Source: Armatimonadota bacterium
GTDB taxonomy: Bacteria > Armatimonadota > SYMT01
Direction of reading: 5' to 3'
NCBI GenBank assembly: GCA_041690135.1
Contig: JAWLHY010000003.1
Location: forward strand, 96,001 to 160,000
DNA: 64,000 bases
The translations under genes were made by a program, and so were the position numbers. Of the stretch, positions 1 to 9,399 are shown in pieces (the first letter of the stretch is position 1; each line of letters starts with the position of its first letter). The notes under the pieces were generated by a model that saw only the letters and a program-made list of their open reading frames with translations, did no database searches and had not been told where the DNA came from.

Positions 1-391
1 CGTCGTTCAGGTAGACCATGAACGTGACCTGGCTCCGCTCTTCCTCGCCGCGCTTGAAGGAGCCGTCGAAGTGCGGCCGGAAGGTTTCGCCCACATCGTA
101 GCGGTAGTACCGGAACCGTTCGTTGAAGGTCAGCAACTTCCAGGCGCCCAGTTGCGCGGGCAGGAACGGCTCCGCCCGTTTGAAGAGGCTCCGGGCCAGG
201 TCGTCATCCTCCACCATCAGGCGGGTGTTGTTGCGAACGTCCTTCCGCATCACGGCGCCGGCCCGGGTCGTGATCGGCGCTTCCGCATAGCCCTCCGCCT
301 CGCTCCGGGCGATGGCGGCGTCGCACTCCTCGGGTGTAAAGAAGTCGTGGATCACATACACCCGATCCCCATCGATCGTCTCTTTCCGCAT
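1..391 (-). CDS. 2OG-Fe(II) oxygenase, prolyl 4-hydroxylase-like (3' end beyond window edge)
   Basis: Not in the ORF track. Manual translation from ATG 391: MRKETIDGDRVYVIHDFFTPEEC...NERFRYYRYDVGETFRPHFDGSF...TFMVYLND, with HxD iron motif and YLN strand. GGAGG RBS upstream. Confidence 0.85.
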   Translation of the reverse strand, partial: MRKETIDGDRVYVIHDFFTPEECDAAIARSEAEGYAEAPITTRAGAVMRKDVRNNTRLMVEDDDLARSLFKRAEPFLPAQLGAWKLLTFNERFRYYRYDVGETFRPHFDGSFKRGEEERSQVTFMVYLND

Positions 392-397
392 CCCGGT

Positions 398-1531
398 TCA
401 CCTCCCGCCGGATAGCGACGGCCGCCAGTAGTTAGCCAGCGCCTCGGCAATGGCGTCCGCGTCGAACCCGTCCTCCTGAAGCCGATACTCCAAATACCTA
501 ACGATGGCCCGCCGCTCCGGTTGCGTAAAGCCGGCAAATCGCGCGACACTGTAGCCGCGCCAGTCCACCGCCGCGGTGTGCCGGCTGGTGTCCGCCAGCG
601 TCTTCATCACTTCCGGACCGAAAAACTGCTCCAACTCCGCCAGCATGGAAGGGTCCAGTGGAGCCTCTCGCAAAGGACTGAACCCGTGCGTGAGATGGAA
701 CACCGAATTGGCGTTCGAGTCGTAGTCCGTCAGATCCGCGAGCAGAAAGGCGGGCAGGAAATACCGGAAGCCGCCCTCGGAGAGAAAACTCAGCGCCGCG
801 TAGTTGCGGGCGAGGAACTCGGGATGCAAGGTTCGCCAGCAGAGCCCGCGGAACTCCATCGCGTACTCGGCCGGCTCATCCCCCTGCTCGGAGCCGCAGA
901 GCTCGTGGTCTCCCGGATAGGGCGCTTCGGCAAACGCTGCCCGAATCTGTTCGGCCAGTCGCGACCGCTCCGGGTCGTCGAAATCGGGAGCCTGGTAGTG
1001 ATGCAGTTGGTGGTAGTACTCCCGCACGGCTTCGTGGATCGGAAAGCCATAGCCGGACCACCCCCACCGGACCGCCTGCGCCGCCAGGTACTTGAGGGTG
1101 GGATGCTCCTCGAAAGCCAGGCCGAGGAAGCTGCATACCGCACGATACTGGGCAGGGGAGAAGACCGCTTGCCGCTCCCGCAGTTGGCGGTCCTCACCCT
1201 CATAGTAAAGCGACCAGAAGGAAGGGCAAAGCGCATATACCACGGGGTGCGGCAGCCCGTTGGTCTCCGGCAGAACCAGCAAAGCGCTCTTGAGCAGTGC
1301 GGGTAGGTAATACCGGTAGGCCTCGGGCGCCAGGTAGCAGTAGGCCGCCCACCGCTCCTTCAGAAACTCCGGCGTCAGGCTCTGCCACGTCTTGCCCGCC
1401 AGGTCCTTCCGGATCTGTTCTTCGCCCGCCTGATCGCGCGGACCGTGGTGCCGGATCAGTTCTCGAGGGGGTGGAACCGCCAGGCCGCCGAATGCCGCCT
1501 CGATCTGTTCAGCAACCTGGGCTGCGTTCAT
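398..1531 (-). CDS. Hypothetical protein with two tandem DUF6714-like domains
   Basis: Internal duplication: QIEAAF...WQSLTPEFL...YLAPEAYRYYLPALL and QIRAAF...WRTLHPEFL...FLSEGGFRYFLPAFL. Confidence 0.7.
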   Translation of the reverse strand: MNAAQVAEQIEAAFGGLAVPPPRELIRHHGPRDQAGEEQIRKDLAGKTWQSLTPEFLKERWAAYCYLAPEAYRYYLPALLKSALLVLPETNGLPHPVVYALCPSFWSLYYEGEDRQLRERQAVFSPAQYRAVCSFLGLAFEEHPTLKYLAAQAVRWGWSGYGFPIHEAVREYYHQLHHYQAPDFDDPERSRLAEQIRAAFAEAPYPGDHELCGSEQGDEPAEYAMEFRGLCWRTLHPEFLARNYAALSFLSEGGFRYFLPAFLLADLTDYDSNANSVFHLTHGFSPLREAPLDPSMLAELEQFFGPEVMKTLADTSRHTAAVDWRGYSVARFAGFTQPERRAIVRYLEYRLQEDGFDADAIAEALANYWRPSLSGGR

Positions 1532-2265
1532 CTCGCTTTCTCGCGAGAAGACGTTACCAGGTCGGTCTCAGGCAGCTCGGATTCGGCGGAGCGCGCAGCC
1601 TGTAACTGCTCGTAATGGGCTTTCAGGAGGCGCGCTTCTACCGGCTGAGTTCTGTCAGCGGATGGTGGCTGGTGCTGTTGCAAAATGCCTCTGGCCGCTT
1701 CTGCTTTCCCTTCCCGCGAGAGGATTTCGAAAAGTGCGAGTGCGGCCACTCGGACCTGCCGCAAATTCTTTCCTTTTGCCAGGTGCTTTAAACGCGGAAC
1801 CCTCTGGTCGGAGGGAAGCACTGCCACCCGCCAGACGGTACGCAAGTCTTCAACCTCTCGCTTCACACCCTGAAAGCCAATGTTACAGCGGAAGGACCGG
1901 CCGGGGAGTGCTTTGTCGAGTGCTTCGAGAGCCTTGGGGTAATCGCCTTGTTCTGCATAAGCCCATCCCAGGCGTATTGCGGCATAGGCTCCGGTTAAGA
2001 AGGGGTCCTGGAGCCCCTTCTCGTACTCAGGCGCTGCCTTCGCAGGCTGTAGATCGAACAACAGGGCGTCGCCGTCAAGTAGCCAACCAAGGATCAGCCT
2101 GAGGAGGGGGTCGACCGTGTTGGGGTCACCCGTGCTCGGGCGAGCTGCTGGATCGCAGGACGAAGGTGTGGCCTGCGATCCGGCGACGCTTGCTGCCGAA
2201 CTCCCGGAAGCACAGCCCAGCCAGAGCACCGCGGCAAAGATCCAGGGATGCGAGATCCTGTTCAA
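1528..2265 (-). CDS. TPR-containing putative lipoprotein
   Basis: TTG 2265 overlaps the upstream stop and the stop overlaps the next ATG (ATGA). Signal WIFAAVLWLGC; TPR-like AAIRLGWAYAEQGDYPKALEALDKAL. Start inferred. Confidence 0.6.
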   Translation of the reverse strand: MNRISHPWIFAAVLWLGCASGSSAASVAGSQATPSSCDPAARPSTGDPNTVDPLLRLILGWLLDGDALLFDLQPAKAAPEYEKGLQDPFLTGAYAAIRLGWAYAEQGDYPKALEALDKALPGRSFRCNIGFQGVKREVEDLRTVWRVAVLPSDQRVPRLKHLAKGKNLRQVRVAALALFEILSREGKAEAARGILQQHQPPSADRTQPVEARLLKAHYEQLQAARSAESELPETDLVTSSREKAR

Positions 2266-2489
2266 GAAAACCCCCACGGTCGCACCGAGTGATCGGCTCC
2301 GGTTAGGAACCAGCAGCGATGAAACGCTTCGGCGTCCTCCCGGCGCTTGAAAACCACCTTCATGTGCCAGCCTTTGATGGTTTCGTAGGCGACTCGCCGC
2401 ACCATCCGGCTTGCGGGGACGTGCTCGTCGATCCAGTCGAAGACCGGATAGGGGTCGTCGGTCAGCAGGTCCACCCGGTACACCGCCAT
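2262..2489 (-). CDS. Small hypothetical protein (75 aa)
   Basis: GGGGAGG RBS 6 nt before ATG 2489 (MAVYRVDLLTDD...); stop overlaps the next start. Confidence 0.55.
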   Translation of the reverse strand: MAVYRVDLLTDDPYPVFDWIDEHVPASRMVRRVAYETIKGWHMKVVFKRREDAEAFHRCWFLTGADHSVRPWGFS

Positions 2490-2650
2490 CGCATACCTCC
2501 CCAGAGACTCTAAATGCGCCATGACTCGCGACGGGATGGAATCCCATACGGGCAAGCTCGCGTCGCTCCCGAGCTCTCCGAGGTGCCTGCACCCCCTCGG
2601 GGCGTAAACCTGCGCAGGCACAGTGACATAGCGCCAGACCACAGTCGGGT

Positions 2651-3019
2651 TTACGAACCGACGAACGGAGGATTCCAAATTCCTTCTCGTCCCGCGTTGG
2701 GAGCTACTTCAAGCAACTCCACATCATAGATCAGGACCGCGTTCGGTGGGATGACCCCCGGGACACCCCGGTCACCATACCCCAGATGAGGACCGAACCG
2801 GATCCGGCGCCGTCCGCCGACACGCATTCCTTCGACTCCGTAGAGGAGGCCGGCGACGACATTCCGTCTCGCGAAATCGATCCACACCTCGGCACTCGCC
2901 TGGAACGGCTCCCCCAGGTTCAGGTAGCCGTCACACCGGATCAGGGCCACGGTGTCGCGAGTCGCGACCGCGCCACTCCCGATCACCCCGTCTTCGATCT
3001 CCACTCCCTTGCGGCGCAT
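2651..3019 (-). CDS. FKBP-type peptidyl-prolyl cis-trans isomerase
   Basis: GVEGMRVGGRRRI...PHLGYG...GVIPPNAVLIYDVELL is the FKBP signature. Confidence 0.9.
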   Translation of the reverse strand: MRRKGVEIEDGVIGSGAVATRDTVALIRCDGYLNLGEPFQASAEVWIDFARRNVVAGLLYGVEGMRVGGRRRIRFGPHLGYGDRGVPGVIPPNAVLIYDVELLEVAPNAGREGIWNPPFVGS

Positions 3020-3175
3020 TGACTAACTCTACGGCTGACTCCACCCAGGTGGCCGAAACCTTCGTCAACCGGTATAGATCTATGTTAGAAGGAAACCAAA
3101 TTCTTCGCAACGGCACAGGGCAGGTCGAATGCTTCTGCTGAAGTTGCGGAGGCAGTATCCCTGTGAGGAGATGCG

Positions 3176-4078
3176 ATGCGGGTGGTTGGCATAAACAGCC
3201 CGTCTTCGGGCGCACGCCTTACTCCGGACATGGAGCAGCTTCGGTCCGCTGCACTACCGGAGGATGCATCCGCCACGGGTCCGGTCCCTGGAACTGCACC
3301 CGCGCGTGAACGGATACCCGGAAAGGTACTCCGGCATCTGCGGTCAAGGGTCGGGTGGGACCGGCTGCAGTCCGCACACCCGGTATCCTTCTACGCACTC
3401 CTCGTGTGCTGGCTGTTGATCACGCTGGCCGTGGTGCTCCTGGTTCCCGTCTATCTGCACCTGAGGGACAGCGACGCCGACCGATTCGTCCCGGCCTGGG
3501 CGCCTTATCTTCTGACCATCCCTGTAGGCTGGGCCACCGCGGCGGTCGCGCGGCGGGTATACGGAGCACAGATCGAGCCGTCGACGCGCGTGGCAACCGA
3601 TGAAGACGCTTCGAGTGGCGGGCTTGCCTTCCGGGATGCCGTAGACGACCTGCAGGAACAACCACCCCCTCCGGCCGGCGAGACCACCGAGGCTGCTGAC
3701 GAAGCCCGTAGCGGCCGGCGATTGGATGCTGCCCTGGCGCGTGATCGCCGGCACCGGCAGGCTTTGCAGGACCGGTTCCAGGGGTGGCTCAATGCCGCTT
3801 ATGCCTGTGAGTTGTTCGGCGAAGCTATCTGCGCTCTGGGATGGAAGAACTTCTGGCGGTGCATCATCCTGGGCTTGGTTCTGGCGGCTCTTTCGGTGCG
3901 GTTCCATCCGCTAGTCAACGGTGCTGTGCTTCTCATCCTTTGTATGCACGCCTCCATGATCGCGATTCCGGTAGGCTGGGCTCTTCACCATTCGAGCCAC
4001 CTGGTCCGCAAGACCCTCTTCCGGCAGGCGCGCAGATCGGCGATAGCCGTGCTGAATCCTGCTTTCAGACGCCGGTAG
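3176..4078 (+). CDS. Hypothetical integral membrane protein
   Basis: GAGGAG RBS; about 4 hydrophobic segments in two pairs separated by a charged linker. Confidence 0.6.
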   Translation: MRVVGINSPSSGARLTPDMEQLRSAALPEDASATGPVPGTAPARERIPGKVLRHLRSRVGWDRLQSAHPVSFYALLVCWLLITLAVVLLVPVYLHLRDSDADRFVPAWAPYLLTIPVGWATAAVARRVYGAQIEPSTRVATDEDASSGGLAFRDAVDDLQEQPPPPAGETTEAADEARSGRRLDAALARDRRHRQALQDRFQGWLNAAYACELFGEAICALGWKNFWRCIILGLVLAALSVRFHPLVNGAVLLILCMHASMIAIPVGWALHHSSHLVRKTLFRQARRSAIAVLNPAFRRR

Positions 4079-4135
4079 ATGCCTGCGCCAACCGGGGCGG
4101 GCGGACGCCCGCCCCACCTCAACCTCTGCGTCCCC

Positions 4136-5506
4136 TCAGCGCACGGAACGGGTGATGCAGTAGACGCGGGCGGAGGTCCGGATGAGGAGGCGGTTTCCGG
4201 CAATGGCCGGGGTCGCCATGCCCATGTCGTCGTCGGCGAGCGGGTTGCTGTGGAAGAATTGGAAGCGGTCGCCGGCGCGGAAGACGTAGGTGGTGCCGTC
4301 CTCGTTGAGGCAGAAGACCTTGCCGTCGTAGGCCCAGGGAGAGGCGGTGAAGTTCGTGCCGTTGGGCACCCGCTCCCGCTCGTAGAGGGGCGTGCCGTCC
4401 GCGGCCCGAAAGGCGCCGAAGAGGCCCCGGTCATAGAGCACGTACAGCCGCCGGTCGTACACCAGCGTGGTGGGGTTGTAGGGCGCGGCCCGCCAGTCGC
4501 ACCAGGCGATGAAGCGGTTGGAGCGCTCTTCCCGGCCCAGGGAGATGTCCCCGGAAGCCCCCGGCCGGATGGCGTAGATCGGCTTCAGCGGGCTCCCGAC
4601 GTAGCCGGAACTGATGTACAGGAGACCGTCCGCCGCGTAGGGGGTGCCGATGGTAATGCCGGACATTCCCTCCAGCCACCAGAGGAGCTTGCCCTGGAGG
4701 TCGTAGGCGCGCACTTTCCCGCTGCCGGGCGTGATGATCTCGGTGCGCTGGCCGTTCTCCCATACGTAGGGCGTCGACCAGTTGCTCTTCTCCTCCCGCT
4801 CGACGCGCCAGACCTGCTCGCCGGTCCGCTTGTCGAGGGCCAGCAGGTACGACTGTTCCTCGTTGTCGTTGACGAGGTAGATCCGGTCTTTATGGAGGAC
4901 GGGAGAGGCGGCGGTGCCCCAGGCGAAGCGGGTGGGGCGCGGCTCGAAGCGCCGGTTCCAGAGCGGCTTCCCCTGGAGGTCGAAGCAGTAGAGGCCCAGG
5001 TTCCCGAAGTAGGCGTACACCCGTTCGCCGTCGGTGACCGGCGTCTCCGAGGCGAAGCTGTTCTTCACGTGGATGGTGCTCTGCGGCTTGGCCTGGTGGA
5101 CCGTCCGCTCCCACCGGACCTTGCCCGTCTCCAGGTCGAGGCAGTACACCTTCCACAGGTGGACCGTGCCCGGTGGCTGAGGGCGCTCGCCGCCGAAGTA
5201 GAGGCCCTTCTTCGGCGGCTCCGTTTGCCCCTGGTTGACCACGGTGGTCAGGAAGACGTTCTTTCCCCACACCACCGGCGACGACCAGCCCCGGCCGGGG
5301 ATCTCGGCCTTCCACGCCACGTTCTCCGTGGCGGACCACCGGTCCGGCAGTCCCTTCCCCGCGGCGATGCCTCGAGCCCCCGGACCCCGGAACTGCGGCC
5401 AGTTCCCTGCTTCCGGTCCCGCCGCCCATCCCGCCGCACCCACGGCAGCCGCCAACGCCAGCATTCCCAGCCCGATCCGGTAGGTTTTCGCTCGATGCAT
5501 CGCCAT
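4136..5506 (-). CDS. Secreted PQQ-binding-like (BamB-like) beta-propeller protein
   Basis: Signal peptide; NWPQFRGP...WKAEIPGRGWSSPVVWG; repeated LDxxTGxxxW blades. Confidence 0.9.
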   Translation of the reverse strand: MAMHRAKTYRIGLGMLALAAAVGAAGWAAGPEAGNWPQFRGPGARGIAAGKGLPDRWSATENVAWKAEIPGRGWSSPVVWGKNVFLTTVVNQGQTEPPKKGLYFGGERPQPPGTVHLWKVYCLDLETGKVRWERTVHQAKPQSTIHVKNSFASETPVTDGERVYAYFGNLGLYCFDLQGKPLWNRRFEPRPTRFAWGTAASPVLHKDRIYLVNDNEEQSYLLALDKRTGEQVWRVEREEKSNWSTPYVWENGQRTEIITPGSGKVRAYDLQGKLLWWLEGMSGITIGTPYAADGLLYISSGYVGSPLKPIYAIRPGASGDISLGREERSNRFIAWCDWRAAPYNPTTLVYDRRLYVLYDRGLFGAFRAADGTPLYERERVPNGTNFTASPWAYDGKVFCLNEDGTTYVFRAGDRFQFFHSNPLADDDMGMATPAIAGNRLLIRTSARVYCITRSVR

Positions 5507-5880
5507 TTCTCGTCTTTCTTTGGCCCGAACACCGTCGCTCCCGACGGGGCTTTCCTCCGTCAGTGGGGTCTTTGCGTCCCGGATAGTCGCTGCCCTGGCA
5601 CTAGCGGCGTCCCACCTGGCAGGCCGGGTACGCGTTCTGGACCTACCGTGGTGCATTCCGGCTACGGATGCATGATCCTGGTCGGGGACTGCGACCCGAC
5701 CCTACCTTCACCGGTGCGGACCCAGGTGCCTTGGTGTTTGCGAGGGAGCCCCTCCTGTCACGGCACAGATCTGGTGTTGACAACAGGAACTAGCGTTACA
5801 TATAGCCTGCTACGGGTCTCATCTTTCCCAGGCTACAGCCCCGGCGAGATACAACACCGCCCGTCCTCAAAGTGTCCGCC

Positions 5881-5965
5881 TCTTCCGTTCTCCTTTGCGT
5901 CTTGGCGCCTTTGCGAGAGATTCTTCCGTTCCCTTCCGCGCCCTTCCGCGCGTTCCGCGGGCAAG
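5881..5965. repeat. Degenerate 8-mer (CTTTGCGT/CTTGGCGC/CTTTGCGA) and 9-10-mer (CCTTCCGCG) tandem repeats
   Basis: Read directly, just downstream of the sulfatase stop. TCTTCCGTTC precedes both blocks. Confidence 0.7.
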
Positions 5966-5979
5966 ATGGTTCCTTCCGA

Positions 5980-7506
<1,527 letters not shown>

Positions 7507-7563
7507 AACGCCCATTTGGCCGGATCGGGCCCAATCCCCTCGTACGGCGCGGGAGAGGACCGA

Positions 7564-7591
7564 TTGAAGTGGATTTAACCCGGGGTTAAGT
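7564..7591. promoter_or_regulatory. Pho-box-like element (11-bp periodic TTGA/TTAA/TTAA) containing palindrome TTAACCC-G-GGGTTAA
   Basis: Units at 7564, 7575 and 7586, between the divergent sulfatase and phoX genes. Confidence 0.5.
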
Positions 7592-7697
7592 GCGACCGGG
7601 GAGAATATGCCTGGGGAACCTTTCCGTTCCCTGGGCGTCCTGTAGCACGACCGTCCTTTTCTCGTCACCGCCGTTCCCGGCCGAGTGGAGTTCTCCC

Positions 7698-9332
7698 ATG
7701 TCCGTTTCTCGCCGCAAGTTCCTGGTCTACGCCGGCCTCGGCTCCTATGCCACGCTCGCCGGAGCGGCCTCCCAGGCCCGGCTCGCCTTCCCCTCACTCC
7801 GCCGGAAGGGCGAGGGACCGAACTTTCACCCCATCGCGCCGACCACCGCGGATGAGCTCCGCCTGCCGGACGGCTTCCGGTACGACCTGGTGTGCACCTA
7901 CGGGGAGCCTCTCGGCACCTCCGGCCCGCACGGCAAGGAAGTCTTCGGCTACAACAACGACTTCATCGCCTACTTCCCCATCGATGCGCTCCAGGGAGGC
8001 ACCAACAGCCGCGAGGGGCTACTCTGGGTCAATCACGAATATCCCCATCCCCTGTTCGTCAGCGGCTACACCTGGGGCCCGAAGAAGACGGAAGAGCAGA
8101 TCCTCGCCGAAAAGCACTCGGTCGGTGGAAGCGTGATCCACGTCAAGCGCGAGGGGCAGGTCTGGAAGCACCTCCCCGGCTCGCGCTTCACCCGGCGCTT
8201 GACGGCCAACTACCCGAAGATGGCGGTCACCGGACCCGCTTCCGCGCTGCTGCCGGAGGCGGTCGGCACCCTGGCCAACTGCTCCGGGGGCCGCACTCCC
8301 TGGTTCACCGCTCTCTCCTGTGAGGAGAACTACGACTCCTACAACGATGTCCTCGTCCAGGGCAAGTACCGCGGCTATCGCTGGGCGGACGTCCCCGCCC
8401 AGGCGCTGGACGAGCGGCAGTACGGCTGGGTGGTGGAGGTCGATCCGTTCGGGGAGCTGCCGCCCGTAAAGCACAGCGCCCTGGGGCGGTTCGCCCACGA
8501 GAATGCCGCCTGGCGGCTGGCGCCCAGCGGTCAGCTCGTCGTCTACATGGGTGATGACGCCAACGACCAGTACCTCTACAAGTTCGTCAGCGCCGAGCCG
8601 TACCAGGCCCGTGCCTCGCGGGCCGATCGGCGCGAGCTCCTGAGCGCCGGGACCCTCTACGCCGCGGACTTCGCCAACGGTCGCTGGCTACCGCTCGACC
8701 TCAAGCGCAGCGAAGCGCTGCGGAAGGAGGGCTTCAAGAGCCAGGCGGAGGTACTTCTCGAGACGCGGAAGGCGGCCAAAGCGGTGAATGCCACCCCGAT
8801 CGACCGTCCGGAAGACTGCGAGGTCCATCCGCTGGACGGCATCCTCTACGTGGCCCTGACCAACAACTCCAAGCACGGCAACTTCTTCGGGCAGATCGTC
8901 CGGCTGATCGAACACAACGATGACCCGGCCGGGGAATCGTTCCGGTTCGAGATCTTCTTCGCGGGGGGACCGCAGAGCGGCCTCGCCTGCCCCGATAACC
9001 TGGCGTTCGACAGGAGCGGCAATCTCTGGGTGGTCTGCGACATCAGCTCCAGCTCGGCCGGGCGGGGCATCTACGAGCCGTTCGGCAACAACGGGATGTT
9101 CGTGGTCCCCACCTCCGGCCCGGAGGCCGGCGACGCGTTCCAGTTCGCCTCCGGACCGAAGGAGAGCGAGCTGACCGGTCCCTGGTTCACGGAGGACGAG
9201 CAGACGCTGTTTCTCTCGGTGCAGCACCCGGGCGAGGAATCGGCCGGCATGGACCAGTTGAGCAGTCACTGGCCGGACGGCGGTAAGTCCGTACCCCGGC
9301 CGGGGATCGTCGCCATTACCGGCTTCCGCTAA
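7698..9332 (+). CDS. phoX: PhoX-family alkaline phosphatase, Tat-exported
   Basis: SRRKFL Tat motif; WVNHEY, NCSGGRTPW, SCEEN, GRFAHE, DRPED, CPDNL, SVQHPGE motifs; GGAG RBS. Confidence 0.93.
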   Translation: MSVSRRKFLVYAGLGSYATLAGAASQARLAFPSLRRKGEGPNFHPIAPTTADELRLPDGFRYDLVCTYGEPLGTSGPHGKEVFGYNNDFIAYFPIDALQGGTNSREGLLWVNHEYPHPLFVSGYTWGPKKTEEQILAEKHSVGGSVIHVKREGQVWKHLPGSRFTRRLTANYPKMAVTGPASALLPEAVGTLANCSGGRTPWFTALSCEENYDSYNDVLVQGKYRGYRWADVPAQALDERQYGWVVEVDPFGELPPVKHSALGRFAHENAAWRLAPSGQLVVYMGDDANDQYLYKFVSAEPYQARASRADRRELLSAGTLYAADFANGRWLPLDLKRSEALRKEGFKSQAEVLLETRKAAKAVNATPIDRPEDCEVHPLDGILYVALTNNSKHGNFFGQIVRLIEHNDDPAGESFRFEIFFAGGPQSGLACPDNLAFDRSGNLWVVCDISSSSAGRGIYEPFGNNGMFVVPTSGPEAGDAFQFASGPKESELTGPWFTEDEQTLFLSVQHPGEESAGMDQLSSHWPDGGKSVPRPGIVAITGFR

Positions 9333-9382
9333 CTCCCCATCCCGCGGACCGATTCAGGATAAGGCTCCGGTGGGATGGGGAG
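9333..9382. terminator. Inverted repeat between convergent genes (possible bidirectional terminator)
   Basis: CTCCCCATCCC (9333-9343) and GGGATGGGGAG (9372-9382); no U-tract. Confidence 0.4.
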
Positions 9383-9399
9383 CCTCCCCGCCGGAGCTC

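Noticed and set aside
3020-3092. attC-like hairpin (minus strand TTCTAAC...GTTAGTC) directly before the FKBP ATG, suggesting an integron cassette
   Set aside because: L-box spacing is non-canonical, both R boxes have mismatches, downstream genes overlap without attC sites, and there is no integrase in the window.
5520-5600. GGGACGCAAAG on the minus strand resembling a c-di-GMP-I riboswitch
   Set aside because: No GGCAAA/GNRA-capped P2 stem or matching P1/P3; an Infernal search against RF01051 would settle it.
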